Of a stretch of 64,000 nt of DNA, positions 38,201 through 51,300 are shown piece by piece (position 1 is the first letter of the stretch; each line of letters opens with the position of its first letter). Source of the stretch: Klebsormidium nitens. Taxonomy: Eukaryota; Plantae; Klebsormidiophyceae. A program made the translations under genes and the position numbers. The notes under the pieces are model-generated. The model did no database searches, had not been told where the DNA came from, and saw nothing but the letters and a program-made list of their open reading frames with translations. The stretch spans positions 62,001-126,000 of the forward strand of contig DF236985.1 of NCBI GenBank assembly GCA_000708835.1. Direction: 5' to 3'.

Positions 38201-38225
38201 GAACAGCGATCATCTTGGCAGCCAT
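26233..38225 (-). CDS. Secreted purple acid phosphatase (FN3 + metallophosphoesterase + C-terminal domain) with a Cys-rich/Thr-Pro-Ser-rich C-terminal extension
   Basis: Signal peptide MAAKMIAVLLFASLALASA (38225). GGSEDLSLDDPRL..PDQINL..WVTG (37155-36990). All five PAP ligand blocks: DPG and GDYVY (34755-34643), GNHE (33481-33353), VLFH (~31600), GHIH (~30200). Then GDGGNRE, SAYREPSFGH and WHRNQD. The tail exons splice in frame to a stop at 26235-26233. Confidence 0.92.
26708..26875 (-). repeat. Coding 21-bp minisatellite, 8 copies, encoding (GTTSAPT)n linker
   Basis: GGAACCACCTCCGCCCCGACC-type units read directly; translation GTTSAPT x6, GSTSAPT, GTTSSPT. Confidence 0.95.
31287..31418. repeat. 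Perfect 66-bp direct tandem duplication in a PAP intron
   Basis: GAGAACCCGCTTCAAAGGCTATCAGATTGG...GTCAGAAA occurs at 31287 and 31353. Confidence 0.95.
33455..33760 (-). repeat. Diverged ~160-bp duplication containing the acceptor and first ~25 nt of the PAP GNHE exon
   Basis: GCGAAAGGGACCTTGGACCACA.TTTCTGCAC at ~33456 and ~33622; GATTCGAAGGCCAGGGCGCA at 33548 and 33705. Confidence 0.85.
34562..34621. repeat. 30-bp tandem duplication just inside a PAP intron
   Basis: GCGACTTCCGAT..AAGTCCGTCAAAG occurs twice with period 30. Confidence 0.85.
36881..36986 (-). repeat. 10-bp minisatellite (TTGCTAACTC)n, about 10 copies, directly after a PAP donor site
   Basis: GAGTTAGCAA units on the plus strand at 36891-36970, with degenerate flanking units; the donor GT is at 36989. 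Confidence 0.93.
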
Positions 38226-38699
38226 CTCTAGTTATCTGCGGAACACCACTCCAAAAGTCAGTCATTCTAGGAGGTAACTTTGTCAGGTGAAAGTACTTGG
38301 CAGTGTTGCGTCTTGGTTATGTAATGTCGGGCAAATCTAACTTATCTCATAGGTTCAGTACGTTGCTGGCTGAGCTTTGGCCAGTCATTGAGGACGACTC
38401 TGGGGCAGTGAATGAGATTGAAGATAAAAGAGAGCTGCACTAATCTGTTGTACACAACTATTTGAAGATGAGCATCTCAAGACCTTTAGCGGTGGCAGCA
38501 GCTCAAAGTCGAACCTTTCATGCAGCGAATGAAGTGGAGCTTCTAGAGCAACAGATTAGCAATCCAGTACTTTCAATCAAATTTCAGAAGGAAAAGCTCT
38601 CAAAGGAATGCAACCGGCTGATTCGTTACACAAGCAAAGACAAACACAATCCAAAACAGCATTCACTCCGCTCTCAGGAAGTTCTTTCTGCTTGAAGGC

Positions 38700-40950
38700 G
38701 CGTCTATGCTTTCAACAAACACACCCTCTCCCTTCTTATGACTGAGCTTGCCTGAAGAGATCACAAGCTTGGGGATGCTTGCAATTGCAGCTCATGCGGT
38801 GTGGCATGCAAACCCTGTTCCATTCCAGCTGCAAGGGCGACCTAGAACTCATAGAACTCACCGTGAATGTGCAGATCGCCAGCCCACTGCTGGCAGTGAT
38901 TTGACGAGTCCAACGGAATGCCAACAGATTCCGATGAGATCGAGCTCTTGACTGTCAACAAGCTGCCTCGCAGCTGATCAAGAGCCAATTCAAACCGACT
39001 GCGAGTTGGTGCAAGTTTCTAGGTCATTCGGGGGGTTTTGATCTACCTAGAAACCTGACTGCAGATCAAGGAGTCATAGCTTGAAGGACGTCGTAGGTAC
39101 TCGTTCAACGTCGTCGATCAGGAGTCAGTCAGAGTCAGGAAACAATCTGCTGGGGCACCCGTACCTGCCTCGGTATCTTCCGCTGACAGCCATATGCACA
39201 GGCGCTTTCAAGTCTGTGTGACTGCTATGTCAAAGATTGCTGTGGCCGGAACTCACGTGGGTAAGTCCCTAAGGCATCTGTGCTTGCAATCAGTGCCGAA
39301 GATGCGAGATTCTGCAAATGTCTTGTCGTCTAGCGCCTGAATGTCATCAATGCAGATGATTTCAGGCCAATCCTTGTATAGTGTGTTGACAGTCCGTACC
39401 GCTTGGCACAAGATCCCGAGATGCGAGCGCAGCCACTCAGAACGCTCCACCCGAATAGGTATACAAGATCCGCTGGCGGCATTTAGTGTAAGCCATTCTG
39501 TATAAATCCAGCTGGAAGAACAATAAGATCAGGTTAACATGGGAATGAAGCTAACCCGACGATCTGCTACCTAGCTAGCTGACTAGCTACCTGCTCATCA
39601 AGGCCTGTGCCAAAACTAAACCCTCTAGTTGCTAACCCCAGGTCCGTGCAAGCCCATATTAAGATGCCACAGCGGAGTCCAAGCGATAAAGCAATCACGA
39701 TTCCGTGGCCAAGAGAGTCCCAATCAAAGCTGGCAGTAAATTCCGTCAAGCGAGATGGAATCTGCACTCACTGCCGAAAGGCATAACTCGCTTTAGCTGA
39801 GAGCAGACTGATGTAAGCAAAGGGATCCCGCATAATTTCAGTGATTCGCGGCTTCGACGTTCGATGCCCCAGGAGTCAGTTAGATCATAGATGGTGTGGT
39901 CAACGCTACCGGTACCTAAGTAGCTAGTGTGCTTTGCTAGCTGGAAGCCTGGAACCCTCATCTCAGAAATGAATACAGCTTTCGACTGGCCTCGCGTCGA
40001 AAATTGCTCTGATTGCACGCTGAAAAGAATATTCCAGAGCCTAGCCTACTGGGCAGTGGTCGACGGGCGTGCAAGCAGCAAGATACCAATCGACAACATG
40101 TTGGCATTCACGGCAGTCCACCAGTGCGGAGTTGACACTTGGCAGACAGTGCTGGGAATATTGAACTGCCCCGGTTGTAACCGACCGGCCCTGGCGACCC
40201 GCGGGAAACAACAGTGTACACCTCCCGGTGAAGCTCGGCAGATGTTGGGTTTGGCCCCGGGTGGTCGCGCCGGCAGTATCACCAGCCCAAAGCCGTACGA
40301 TAAACACAAAATGCAGTCATCCAACGGCTGCCACTGCCAGCCGTTCAATTACAGCGGCATCGAGCTGCAAAAGTAGAACGCTTCGTGATTATTGATCGTC
40401 ATAGAAATCACCGACCCAGCTGTATACATGCCAGTGCAGTCACCGTGGCGCCATGGTAGGTACAGTCACGGTGGGAGAGCCGGCGGCGGCCAGATGCGAT
40501 GAGCTAGGCTCATCCTACAAGGCTAGAAGATTTCAAACACACCATTAGAGTAAGCGCTCCTTCTTCATATGGTAATAGAAGCATCTGTATCCAATAGACA
40601 TGGGTCGTCGAATAGATAGCCAAGATTGCACTACAACGAGCAACCGAGGTGCAAGCGACTTCGACCTCGCATCGCCGGGAAATGATCGATGAAAGGAAAC
40701 TTTGCCGCATGGAATGTATTACCGAAGGAGCGCAAATCTACAATTAGTAGCTCGACTCTGACCTGCTCCACTAGTCCCGCTGCTCCTCTCCCTTGCTCGA
40801 GCCCAGCGTACGAAGTCACTGCAATCAACTAGGCGGCCCCCGGCGGTTCCGAAAAGCATATTTTCTACCGTTGATGATGGAAACTTGAAATCATGCATGT
40901 CGAATATCACATCCCCGATCCTCACTAGGATTGGCCATGGCCAAAGCACG
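38700..40950 (-). pseudogene. Possible decayed or orphan gene of unknown family
   Basis: Exon-like frames after pyrimidine-AG acceptors (WIYTEWLTLN..WPEIICIDDIQALDDKTF; LLIDDVERVPTTSFKL*; ILVRIGDVIFDMHDFKFP). No continuous model could be built and stops are frequent. Confidence 0.25.
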
Positions 40951-41876
40951 ACGCTTTCAGCAGATCAGTTCGAACAGGAGAATCGGAGCAGTTTGACGAT
41001 TGCATGCTAAACATAAGGCATCAAAAAAACATCAAGGCTAACATCACTAGGCTGCATCAACGCGCGCGCCCATTGAAACCACCGAGATAGCTGCCGGGTC
41101 TCAGGAGGCGGCGACTCCTGATGCAGCAATAGACTTACGGCTCAACTTCGTCAGCTATCAGCGATGGTGCTGGGCTGCCAATGATAAGTGGAGTAACGTC
41201 GACACGCCAGTGCCTCAGCAATCGGTCAGAAATTCCCCGACGCCTTAGAGACTGGGTTTTGATGCTGCCTGCCAGTGGACCTGCTTTGCGATGTTGCGAG
41301 CGATTCGCCGTCTTATGTCACGATGCACCCGTGACGAAGCAAACAGGAATTTACATCGATCATTGTCGTCGTGTGCATTGTGATCAGCTGCTTTTAGCCA
41401 AGACATGACATTTGCATACACAGCTGGCAGGTTGTAAAACGGTCGACGGAATTCTTACGAGCGACGACTCCGAAAGCGGCCGCGGAAATTCCGTGCGTCT
41501 CACAGGTCAACCGCGCAATACGATTGGCAGACCTCTCCACTTTCGACAAATGCTCTCCTGAGCAGCTCAAATCTCGCATGTTGGGGGTACGGAAAATAAA
41601 CACGTGCGCCAGATCGTGAGCGACACTGGAGCAGAAGCGCGCAGGTTGTCTCATCTCCGCTTGCTTGAAGCCGAATGTGCTGTGATCCTCGAGCAGAATA
41701 ATGAGCGCACGTTCAATGGTTAGGAATAGTTTGAAAGCAAAACAAAGCGCTTGCCCTCGCCGATGAGGAGTCCAACAAGCGTCTGGACTCTGCTTCACCA
41801 GAAAGAAGCACCAAGAAGGAGCAAATCCGAACGGGAAGCAGGAAGGGTTTACCAACAGGTTTTAGCGCGAGCTTTG

Positions 41877-44800
41877 ATGGACGCCGCCACCGCGCCGCGC
41901 GCCGCCCCGCGCGAGCGCCCCTTCCCGCTGCTCGTCTTAACGGGACTCTGCATCCTCAGCTTGTTGTCGGTCGTCGCAGGGTGGTTCTGCCTGCAGGACC
42001 NNNNNNNNNNNNNNNNNNNNNNNNNNNNNNNNNNNNNNNNNNNNNNNNNNNNNNNNNNNNNNNNNNNNNNNNNNNNNNNNNNNNNNNNNNNNNNNNNNNN
42101 NNNNNNNNNNNNNNNNNNNNNNNNNNNNNNNNNNNNNNNNNNNNNNNNNNNNNNNNNNNNNNNNNNNNNNNNNNNNNNNNNNNNNNNNNNNNNNNNNNNN
42201 NNNNNNNNNNNNNNNNNNNNNNNNNNNNNNNNNNNNNNNNNNNNNNNNNNNNNNNNNNNNNNNNNNNNNNNNNNNNNNNNNNNNNNNNNNNCCGGGCCGG
42301 CAAATCTTCTGGGTCAGGCAAAAACCAAACCCGAATCGCTAATCGAGCCAGAGGGCGCTGGGCTGTTTCGAGGGCGCAGCTGGCTAGCGGATCGGGTTAG
42401 GGGTCCGGTTAAGACTTCAGCTTCTTGTGGGCGCTCAGTGGCTGGAGACGAATTCACCAATGCTCAACCTCTCAAAGACGCGCAAGCAGGCGGCTGTCCG
42501 AATATCGAGGACCCAACCACGTTGCGCCACGTGTCCTTCGAGCTGGCCAGCTCAATAAGCACGTGGCCCTCCCGGCAGGAGCTCGTGAAGCTGTGGTGGA
42601 GGCCGGGGCAAACGAGGGGACACGTGTGGATCGATAAGAAGGTACCCCAAGCTGGGGAAGAAGCTTCGATCTCAAACGTGCGTGGTCGTCAAAACCGCGA
42701 GGGAAAGGGCAATATGGATTTCCCGTCCTATTTGCATTTTGTTCGAGGACATTTTCCGAGAAGGTTTTTGACGCCCTCTCTCTCCGTCCGGATTGCACGT
42801 TCGAGGATGCCTCGATATTACAGTTCGGGCTGGTTGCTCTCCGTTTGTGTATTGAGGCGTGCTTCTGGTCCCTTTTGCTCGATTCGCTTAGCTCCAATTG
42901 TCGCTTCCAGCCGATCAGACTCATGATTCTGGCACCAAACAAAGCAGGATTACTTTCTTGCACAGGAGGTCAAAGCAAAACGGCACGGCATCAAACAGCA
43001 GCGTCTGTCCGGTAGCATCGGAGAGCACCCGGAGATCAAGGTGGGCACTTTAGGCAGCGTCCTGTTCGAACTTGTTATCATTTTAGATCTCTTGGGGCCC
43101 AAAGTGAGCTCAGTAGCTACAACCGTCCGCTGGAATTCTGCTTGAGCTGTCCCTTTGGAAACGGCGGTCTTGTAGCTTACTCTGTCTTAAAGGAGAGGAT
43201 ATACCTGCCGCTTGGTGAGTGTTCAATTCATGTGTGCGAACTCGCATTCTCCAGAAATCGAAGCAACCGTTTCAGTTGCATCTCAAATTTGATAGCCCCT
43301 TTCATGTGGTCGCGGCGGATTGTCCACTGAATCTCCGTCCGCAAGTGTGCGCGAATAGTGTGCTGATATTTCAGGAGGCCGGCAGGGTCCTTCTTCATTT
43401 TCAGTGTCCTTCAATTAGAAGCGTTGCCAGTGACGTCGTGCATCCGGTGCGTGCCTAGAGACTTCCCTAGCTTGTCAAAAAAATCTGCAAAGAGGCGTGT
43501 TTCTCTGGTGAGAAAGCACAACGCTTTCAACTCAGCTACGTCAGAATTCTCTTGCAACATACTTGGATTGCAGAAAGACAGCCTTTTCCTGCCTAAACTT
43601 TCAAACGCTCCTGATCACCGACGGTAGCTTTAGCGGACAACTCCTAGCCTTCGCACACTTTCTTCGAAGCTGACAAAGTCCCCGGTTGCAAGTCTCCGAG
43701 GACGTTTCCCAGTTCCTTTCCGAAGTCGCGCGCGCAACGCCGTCCTTCTTCCTTCTGCAGATCTCAAACGCTCCTTGAATCCTGAACGGGAATCCCTCCC
43801 CGATGCCTTCAAAGCCTTGCCCTATTGCAGGTCTCCGAAGACGTGTCCCGTTTCGCCTCCTTTCCGAAAGCGCGCGCACACGCTGTCCGCATCGCGCGCG
43901 TAGTCGTGGAGGCCGCCCGGTTGGACCTCCCGGGCGTCCGCTGGTTCGTCATGGGCGATGACGACACCATCTTCTGCCTCGAGAACGTGGTGGACTTGCT
44001 CAGCAGGTGAGCTGGGCGCTGACGTCATTAGAAATATGTTTGTGACTTTCGCCGGCCAAGTGGCATAGTCAGGCATTCCGTGAGCCCAATGGATCTGACG
44101 TCCGTAATCAGGATTCTGCCGATTGGGTGGACTTGCCATGCATTCCTTTCGTGGCCTCATCTTGTTTAGTCTCTTGTGAAAGCCCTTTCGATTGCAGGGT
44201 CACCAGCGGGTCTGAGTTCCAATTGCAGGTGTTGCCCGCTTGAGGGACGGGGTTGTCAAAGACTCGGCCGTAAGACATGAGTCTTGCAAATTCTCAAAGG
44301 GAGCCAATAACTTTTTACGAGCACGGAGCGGTCTCGAGCCTTCAAGCTTCGTCGTATGCAGATTTAGCTCCTTTAGCCGGCCGCCATGAGCAGCAAACTC
44401 CCTCATGTCGTCAAGATCAGCCTTCCCCATGCGAAACACGAATGAAAGAGAATCTTATAGAACATGTTTCATTCCTAATCCTCTTCAACATTCCCATACC
44501 TCCCCCTCCATCAGGTACGACCACCGTGCGCAGCTTTATATCGGCTCCCAGTCCGAGTCGCAGTACGCCAACCTGAAGCACGGCTACGGCATCGCGTTCG
44601 GCGGCGGCGGCTTCGCGGTGAGCGCGCCGCTCGCGGCCGCCCTGCGCGCGAGCATGGACGCGTGCATCAAGCGCTACCCGGAGCTGGAGACGAGCGACAT
44701 GTGGGTCGGCGCGTGCGCGGCGGAGCTGGGCGTCAGCGTGACGTCAGAGAGGGGCTTCCACCAGGTAGATCCTTATCCCTTCCCCGCGAGAACGGTCCCT

Positions 44801-47400
44801 TTTCTCCTGGTCTTCCTATACGATCTAAAACCGTAAGCTGCTTCTTATGTTGACTTTAAATACTCGGCTGGCCGAGGATCTTGGTCACAAAGTCCCGCCT
44901 CAAATCTGGAGGGAAGCCATCTAGGACGTTGCGCTGTTAAACGTTCGCTTCAAATTAGTGGATTATTACTTTAGGCCTTGAAACGTTAGCTCGACATTGC
45001 TTCTCAAAAGGCCGAGGTGTCCATGCAGCCCATTCATTAGACGGGGTACCCGTCTACGCTCAGGCGACCAGATCGCCTTTCACGGGGTTAGCTGGGTCCC
45101 CGAAAGCAGAGTTGGACACGATGTGTGGGCCGTCGGGTTGACGTTTTCTCAAAGGACAAGTGTGCACGAGTGTCATCGCCCTTCTTTATAGCGCCTCAAG
45201 CTTGAAAAGTACGCGCGCCTCACATTCATTCGTACGCGCGCAGATGGACCTGTACGGTGTAAACGGGTTCTTGGAGGCTCTCCCCACGACTCCGCCACTG
45301 TCGCTGCACCACCTGCCGGCAAACCCGGCGGTGTTTCCGGACATGGACCAAATGGGCGCCATACGCCGCCTGGTCAAGGTGAGGGCCTGTTCACACCGGC
45401 GGCTCTCACATGGACGGTAGTCAGTGTCTCGATGATTGGGAAGCTTTCAGAGCGTGGTTAGACCGGGAGGGAGGATTAGGAACGAGAGACAGTCGCGGCA
45501 ATATGGTTGTACGCGAGCTTATCATCAGGCTTTCTTGGCGGTCCCATATCCTGGTTGGTTGTTGATTTTACATTGTTGTAGAAGATCCTCGTAGATATTC
45601 TATACGCGTTTCCAAGTCCGGGCTATCGGATGGTAAGCACACCTGTGTGGACAATAAACGCTGCGCCTACTAGGCCATAACCGCCAACTAATCTGGTATT
45701 TCCCCCAATCCCCTGGATTCTTTCTCATTTTTCTTCCTCCTGTTTCCCATCTCTTCGCATTTGCCCTCTCTTCTTCGATCTTTGTTACTCTAATTCTACC
45801 CCTGTTGGCTTCATTTCATAATCCTCCTCTCTCCCTCCGGTCCCTTTCCTCTTCTCTCCTTGTCGTTTACTTTCGATGGCGTTTCAGCTGACTTAGCTTC
45901 CGGATTCTGCGCACGCAGGGCATGGCGGCCGCGCCCGCGCTCTTCCTACAGCAGGCGCTGTGCTTCGACCCCACGCGCAACGCGACGCTGTCCGTCGCGT
46001 GGGGCTACTCCGTCAAGGTCTTCGCCGGAATCCGGTGTGTGCGCGACCTCGTGCGGCCAGCGCGGACCTTCGGCATCATGGCGTAAGCGAACTTTTAACG
46101 TTGTACAAACAAGCGACACGAATAAGGGATCTGCCAAAGGCCGTTCTATCCATGTTGAAAGAAGACTTAAGGTCCTCAAGAAGTGACTTCGTAGTGATTA
46201 ATCTCGTTGTTGTCTTACTTTCTTTCTACCCAGATTTAGCGTCGCAAAAGGTCCTCGAAACCTGGGTCCGAATTGTGCTGGTCAAGTAGCGTGAGCCGTT
46301 GATGGACAGTATCGGGTGATGGGCGTCTCACCTCTTTTCGGACAGTACAAACACGATTACCGGTCAGGCGGAAAGTTGACGAAACGGGTACGACGAAGAA
46401 ATCCTATGAGTCGCTGACAGTTGTTCCGCAAAATCCACAGACATTTGCTGCCTTTTGGAGCCGTGTTTGCGCCTTTGGAAAGAGTCCAAGTCTTTGTTCT
46501 GGCGAACGCAAATCTAACGCATAGGTCCGGTAAATTCTCCACGCACGGGTTCAGACGCGGCGCTCGAAAGGACTTGGGCTGCTTGGACCTTCTGGAACTA
46601 ATGCTCGCGAATGGGCCCTATCATTTTAAGCCGCTCGCAAGCGTTTCGAAGCTGATGTTATCTCCAAGGCCCTCTTGCTGATAGCATATTCTGAAGCAGA
46701 ATCCGGCTTCTTATCACTGCAGGCACGGGTTCGGGGACAACCCCGCCAACCTTGCGATGGACACGCGGACGCCCGAGCCGTGGGCCACGTCGCAGGTGAC
46801 GTCACCTTCACACTTCCATACGTGGGCAACTTTAGACGCCACTTCGCAAAATGAAGTACCCACCACTTCGCAAACTGAAAGCGTAAACCGCTCCCTGGAT
46901 ATGTTCGGAAAGACTGCGGAATGAAAAGGTCTAAGCGTGAAAGAGACAGAGCAGCTCAGAAGGAGTGAGAATAGATCGAGCACCGCTGCTCCGAATCTAT
47001 CTTACAGAAAAGCCGTCTAAACATTCTCACAAGGAATTGAATAATTCCTGTCATCTTGCAGTGCGGCCTTCCTTTCGTGCTCCACGTGGACAGCGTCTCC
47101 CAGATCGACGGCCAGTACGTCGAAAGCACGTACAGCCGCCACGTGGCGTCCAATCAGACCGAGTGCGCGGCCGCCATCGCGCGGCTGAATCGGGTTAGGG
47201 TCATCGCGGAGAAGACGTTTAGGCCTAAACCTGGTGGGTTAAGCAGGGGTTCCATGACCAGACGGTTGTGCTGCCATTCGATGGTCTACCAAGAAGGGAC
47301 GGGGGAGATGCAGCTGGAACTGGGTCAGTGCAAACCCGGGCAAACCATTGCGACGCCCGTAACCGATCTGGGAAAGTTGCAAGTCGGCCCTCGCAACTGA
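41877..47400 (+). CDS. DUF604 / fringe-like (GT31-related) type II membrane glycosyltransferase; first exon interrupted by an assembly gap
   Basis: N-terminal TM segment (LLVLTGLCILSLLSVVAGWF); TTLRHVSFELASS..W..R..LVKLWWRPGQTRGHVWID; RWFVMGDDDTIF (DxD); YIGSQSES..AFGGGGFAVSAPLA..SD..ACAAELGV..GFHQ|MDLYG..LSLHHL; VAWGYSV; RRLCC..GQCKPGQ, stop 47398-47400. Confidence 0.9.
42001..42291. other. Assembly gap (291 N)
   Basis: Run of N bases. Confidence 1.
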
Positions 47401-48341
47401 GTGACAAGCGGCTTATACTTTTTTACGACGTCCGATCTGAACGTCAATCCAACCAATCTTTCTTTAGGGCGACGTCTCCTTTTGATCAGGTTGACGTAGC
47501 CTGCCGCCAGCACGCAAGGGGTCAGTGGACGGACGAGAAAAGCTTCGAGACTCGCATCATTGGCTCGGGAAACGTCGCGGCAAAGACCATTACGCGACCT
47601 TTCCGCCAGCTAGATGTTGGTCATGGTCGATTTCTTTGAAGTTGCCAAAGAGTCAAACTTGCCGCCATGCGCGAGCTCCGGCCACATGCTTAGCCAACCT
47701 GGGCGTATTATGTTCGATACGCACTAGCTCTCAGGCCGTCTTCTTAAGCAGCTCGTGAATGGCGGGTGGTCCATTGATCTATATTCGCGAACGGCCTTAT
47801 TCGCAGCTGTGTGAAAAGAGTAATTGACCATGTTGCGCCTTCATGTAGCGAGAAACGCACACATATACCGAGCTAGCAGTATCATACTCCTCGAATCGAA
47901 TTCAGTGCACATGCGAGAATCTTGTTGGACGTCATTGACCAGTGACCACAGGACTAGTTATCCAGCGCGCGCCGGAACTGCATTACGGAAACGTACGCTT
48001 GAAAGTGACAAGGCATGAGTGGCCGCCGACCGTTGGCCCGGTCTATGCTTATGCATGCGCTGATCAAACGATCTTTTCTGAGCAAGAGGTTTGCATGCAA
48101 AAGCGGCATGATCGCTTTTGCAGGATTTTTCGAACCCGCTCGTGCGCACGGCACATGGTTTCCCGATAAAGCGTATCATCTCATTCCATCGGTGATCACC
48201 GTGCAGGCTGTTGCCGTTTCACTCTTGCTAGATCACGTTATGGGTCATGAGAGAACGTGGGTTCCGCAAGAGTCGCGAAAGAACGTGGGGCCGACCAACA
48301 GGGTTGGAACAGCACGTTGCGGTTTGTCCATGATCTCGGGT

Positions 48342-51300
48342 CTACTTATCTCTCCCGAGCACCTTCTGAAAGAACTTCCCGGGCGCCGATACGATCGACT
48401 CCACTTGGTCGAACATCTCGATGATGTCAGCGTTCGGATCCTGCACGGCCGCAGCCACCGTCAGCCGCCACCTTCACGATGACTACCGTACTGCCATGGT
48501 GCTTTCGCACATAGAATCACCGCCTTTTACCCCTGGCGAGCTAATCTGCTTGGTGCGACACATCAACATTCGCAAGGAACCCTGAGGAATTCTGAGGGGC
48601 CAAAAACAGCCCATCTAGCAGGTAAACTAGGGCAAAGAAGACTGTAGATGTATTTGTGCGGAGATGCAAGAACCTTTTTATTCTTCTTACTGCGAGCTTG
48701 GGGTGCGAAAAGGGTTTGGCAGTACGGCAGAGCAGAGCCAGCTTCATGCATCGCATGACACATGTCCGTCGGTGAGTGGCAGACTCTTCAACCAGGGACC
48801 GCTGACCAGAACGCGCACGAAGTCCGTCGAAAGAATCCGAAAAACCTGCCGATGGTTCATTCTGCTGGACTCTCCGTCTGTCCAACTCCGGAATGTAACA
48901 AGCCGCGTGTCAGACAAACCCAATCGCAGCGAGACACGTGTCCTCACCTGCATTCCCCCCGACTTCGTGGGCACTCCCCTAATGGGCGCCAGCCTGTTCC
49001 GAACGGCGGTCATGGTGCTCTGAAGGATCCGCTGCTCGCCGATCCGAAGCTGACACGCCAGTCGGCCCTCGGGGCTAAGATCCTGCGGATCAAACGAACA
49101 ACTAGAGTTGGGCGGCTTCGAAAAACTTGCTCCAAGAATTGAGTCTGTGTTGAGCGAGGGTTGACATAGTGCATTCTTTCTTCCCTACCTTGGAAAGGGC
49201 GTTCTCAAGAGAGAAGCAGCTCGTAATAGTGAATGCCAGGTGCGCAGCTTCAAGGTCGCCCAAAGTGGATCACCATCGACTTAGCACTGTCGGTATCTCA
49301 GTTGCTTTTGCGCACAAACCCATTGCAGCATTCTTCGTTCCTTAAAAAAGCTTGCTTCAAAGCTGAGCAAAGAAGAGAAGGCGGCATCCTTTGCGATCAC
49401 AACACTCGGGTGACTCCTTCCGAATGCCACAGCTCGTCGACTGTAAATAAAGTAAGTCACTCAGTTGCAAACTCGCAAAGTCTCAAAAGCCTCAAACGCT
49501 AGCACCCTAAAACCGTAAAACCCTCGTTTATAACCTGACGCGCCGACGTACCCGCGTGTTGAGCAGGCGCATTTCGTCCTCGGTCTGGTTCTCATAGCTC
49601 TGCAGGCGCTCCCGCATGTCGGCCATGAGCAGCATCAGGATCTCGTACTCGTTCTCCTGCAAGAGGCGGAGTTTCAGGAATTCAAAGTCTGGAAATGTTC
49701 CGGATTTCGCCAACTCACTATCACAAGTGACAAGATATCGAAGTTCCGAGGTGAAAAGAGCGGAACAGAAGAGCAAAAGAAAGCTCGGCGAGATGGCAGC
49801 TTATACGGATGCAAGTCGCAGAAAGCTGCTTGCCCAATTCAAGCGCAAGCGACCTCGGTGTCGCATCAAATGTCTTTAGGATGGTGAAGAGATTGAATGC
49901 TCTGCCAAGTTTGCTGGGTTAGGCTATTCGTTCACAAACCAGAGAGTGTGGCCCTCGCGTCTCAGCAACGCAATCAAACGAGTATACTCATTTGTCTGAT
50001 TTCGGAAGCCACCAATACGCAAAAACAACGTCTGAAGTTTCCCAAGCATCAACTGCTACTGATTGAGCTGATCGAGCTTCTTTCGTCGCTCAGAACAGGA
50101 GGAGGTCTTGATGGTTGAGGAGATGACGTAACCCTCAAGCACCGTAATATTTGTTTCTCACCTGGCTAACCACCATGTCTTTCTCGAAGTTGACCTTGGG
50201 GAACTGCGCCGGGTCTTGTAATCGGGACAACCGCAGGTACACTAGCAACTGCGGAGCGAAACTTCGGCGTTTACATTTCACGCTAAGAGCCCTGATCAAA
50301 ATCGCAATCTCAGCTGTCGTCAAGCGTCGGAGAGAGTGCTAAAGGATACTTGTCAAGGTAGTTTCTCAGGCTCTAATGCTGTGCATTGCCTGCAGACATT
50401 GATGAAGTGGGAGAGGCCTACGAAAGAGAACCCGCTTGTCTGCACAAAAAGATCGGCGGCTGAGACTGTTCTCCACGGCGACGCAGCACCCGCCACTTCA
50501 CCAATAAAATCGCCCTGCCAAGCTTCAGTCACGGCGACACACTGGCGATTGCTTTACTTGAGTGGTCGCCCTGAGAATCAGCTGCCCACCTGGGTGGGGA
50601 AACGGTTGAGGAGCAGCGGAAAGAGCTCCTTCACACCAAAGCCCGCCTGCTCGACGATCTGCTGCTTGAAGCCCATCAGGCGGTCGGTGGGAAGGAGCTC
50701 CGCGGGCTGGAAGAGGCAGTCGTTCGAGTTGTTTGGATCCACGAAACCGTAACTGCGAATGAAAAGTGCTGTAGGGGTTGATTTTGGGCCACCGAGAGGG
50801 TTCAAAAACGTTCTGTTCACTGGGCTAGAGGAAAGAACGGGCAACAAAGTAGGAAAATGACAAGCAAGTAGGAACATCTCACAGGTTGCAAGAGCTCGAC
50901 GGAGGGAGGTGTAGAAGGAAGAGTCGCCGTCAAGGTCGAATAGCGGATTCTCTGCGGTCGGAACAAGAGAAAACGCCACAAGAAAGAGAGAAAGCGACGT
51001 GGCACTGACCTCAACGTCAGCATCACGTCGGCAACATGAGACTACGTCTCAACATTCAAGCAAACCCTGAAAACATGCCAGCTTCACCGGGCTCGCAAAG
51101 AGCAATGGAAACAGCCAACTGATGGCGATACACCTGGAACACATAATACGCTTTAGCTGCTTGATGGGCCCCTCTTCTTTTCGCAGGAAGCTAGGCTTCG
51201 AAGAGTCCTCACTTTATCAGCAGCTCTGAGTTCGGTTTGTCGGCCCCATACGTGACGACGACTTCGTCCCCCGGTTGGTAGTCTCGGTCGGCGGTAAGAA

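Noticed and set aside
39253-39450. ICIDDIQ as the Walker B motif of an ATPase
   Set aside because: No Walker A found nearby and no continuous gene model; kept only as a low-interest fragment.
41751-42926. 391-aa ORF as a complete protein
   Set aside because: It spans the N gap and reads past the donor after WIDKK into intron; it is exon 1 of the DUF604 gene.
45700-45865. CT-rich tracts (also 58600-58680)
   Set aside because: Simple intronic polypyrimidine sequence with no defined periodicity.
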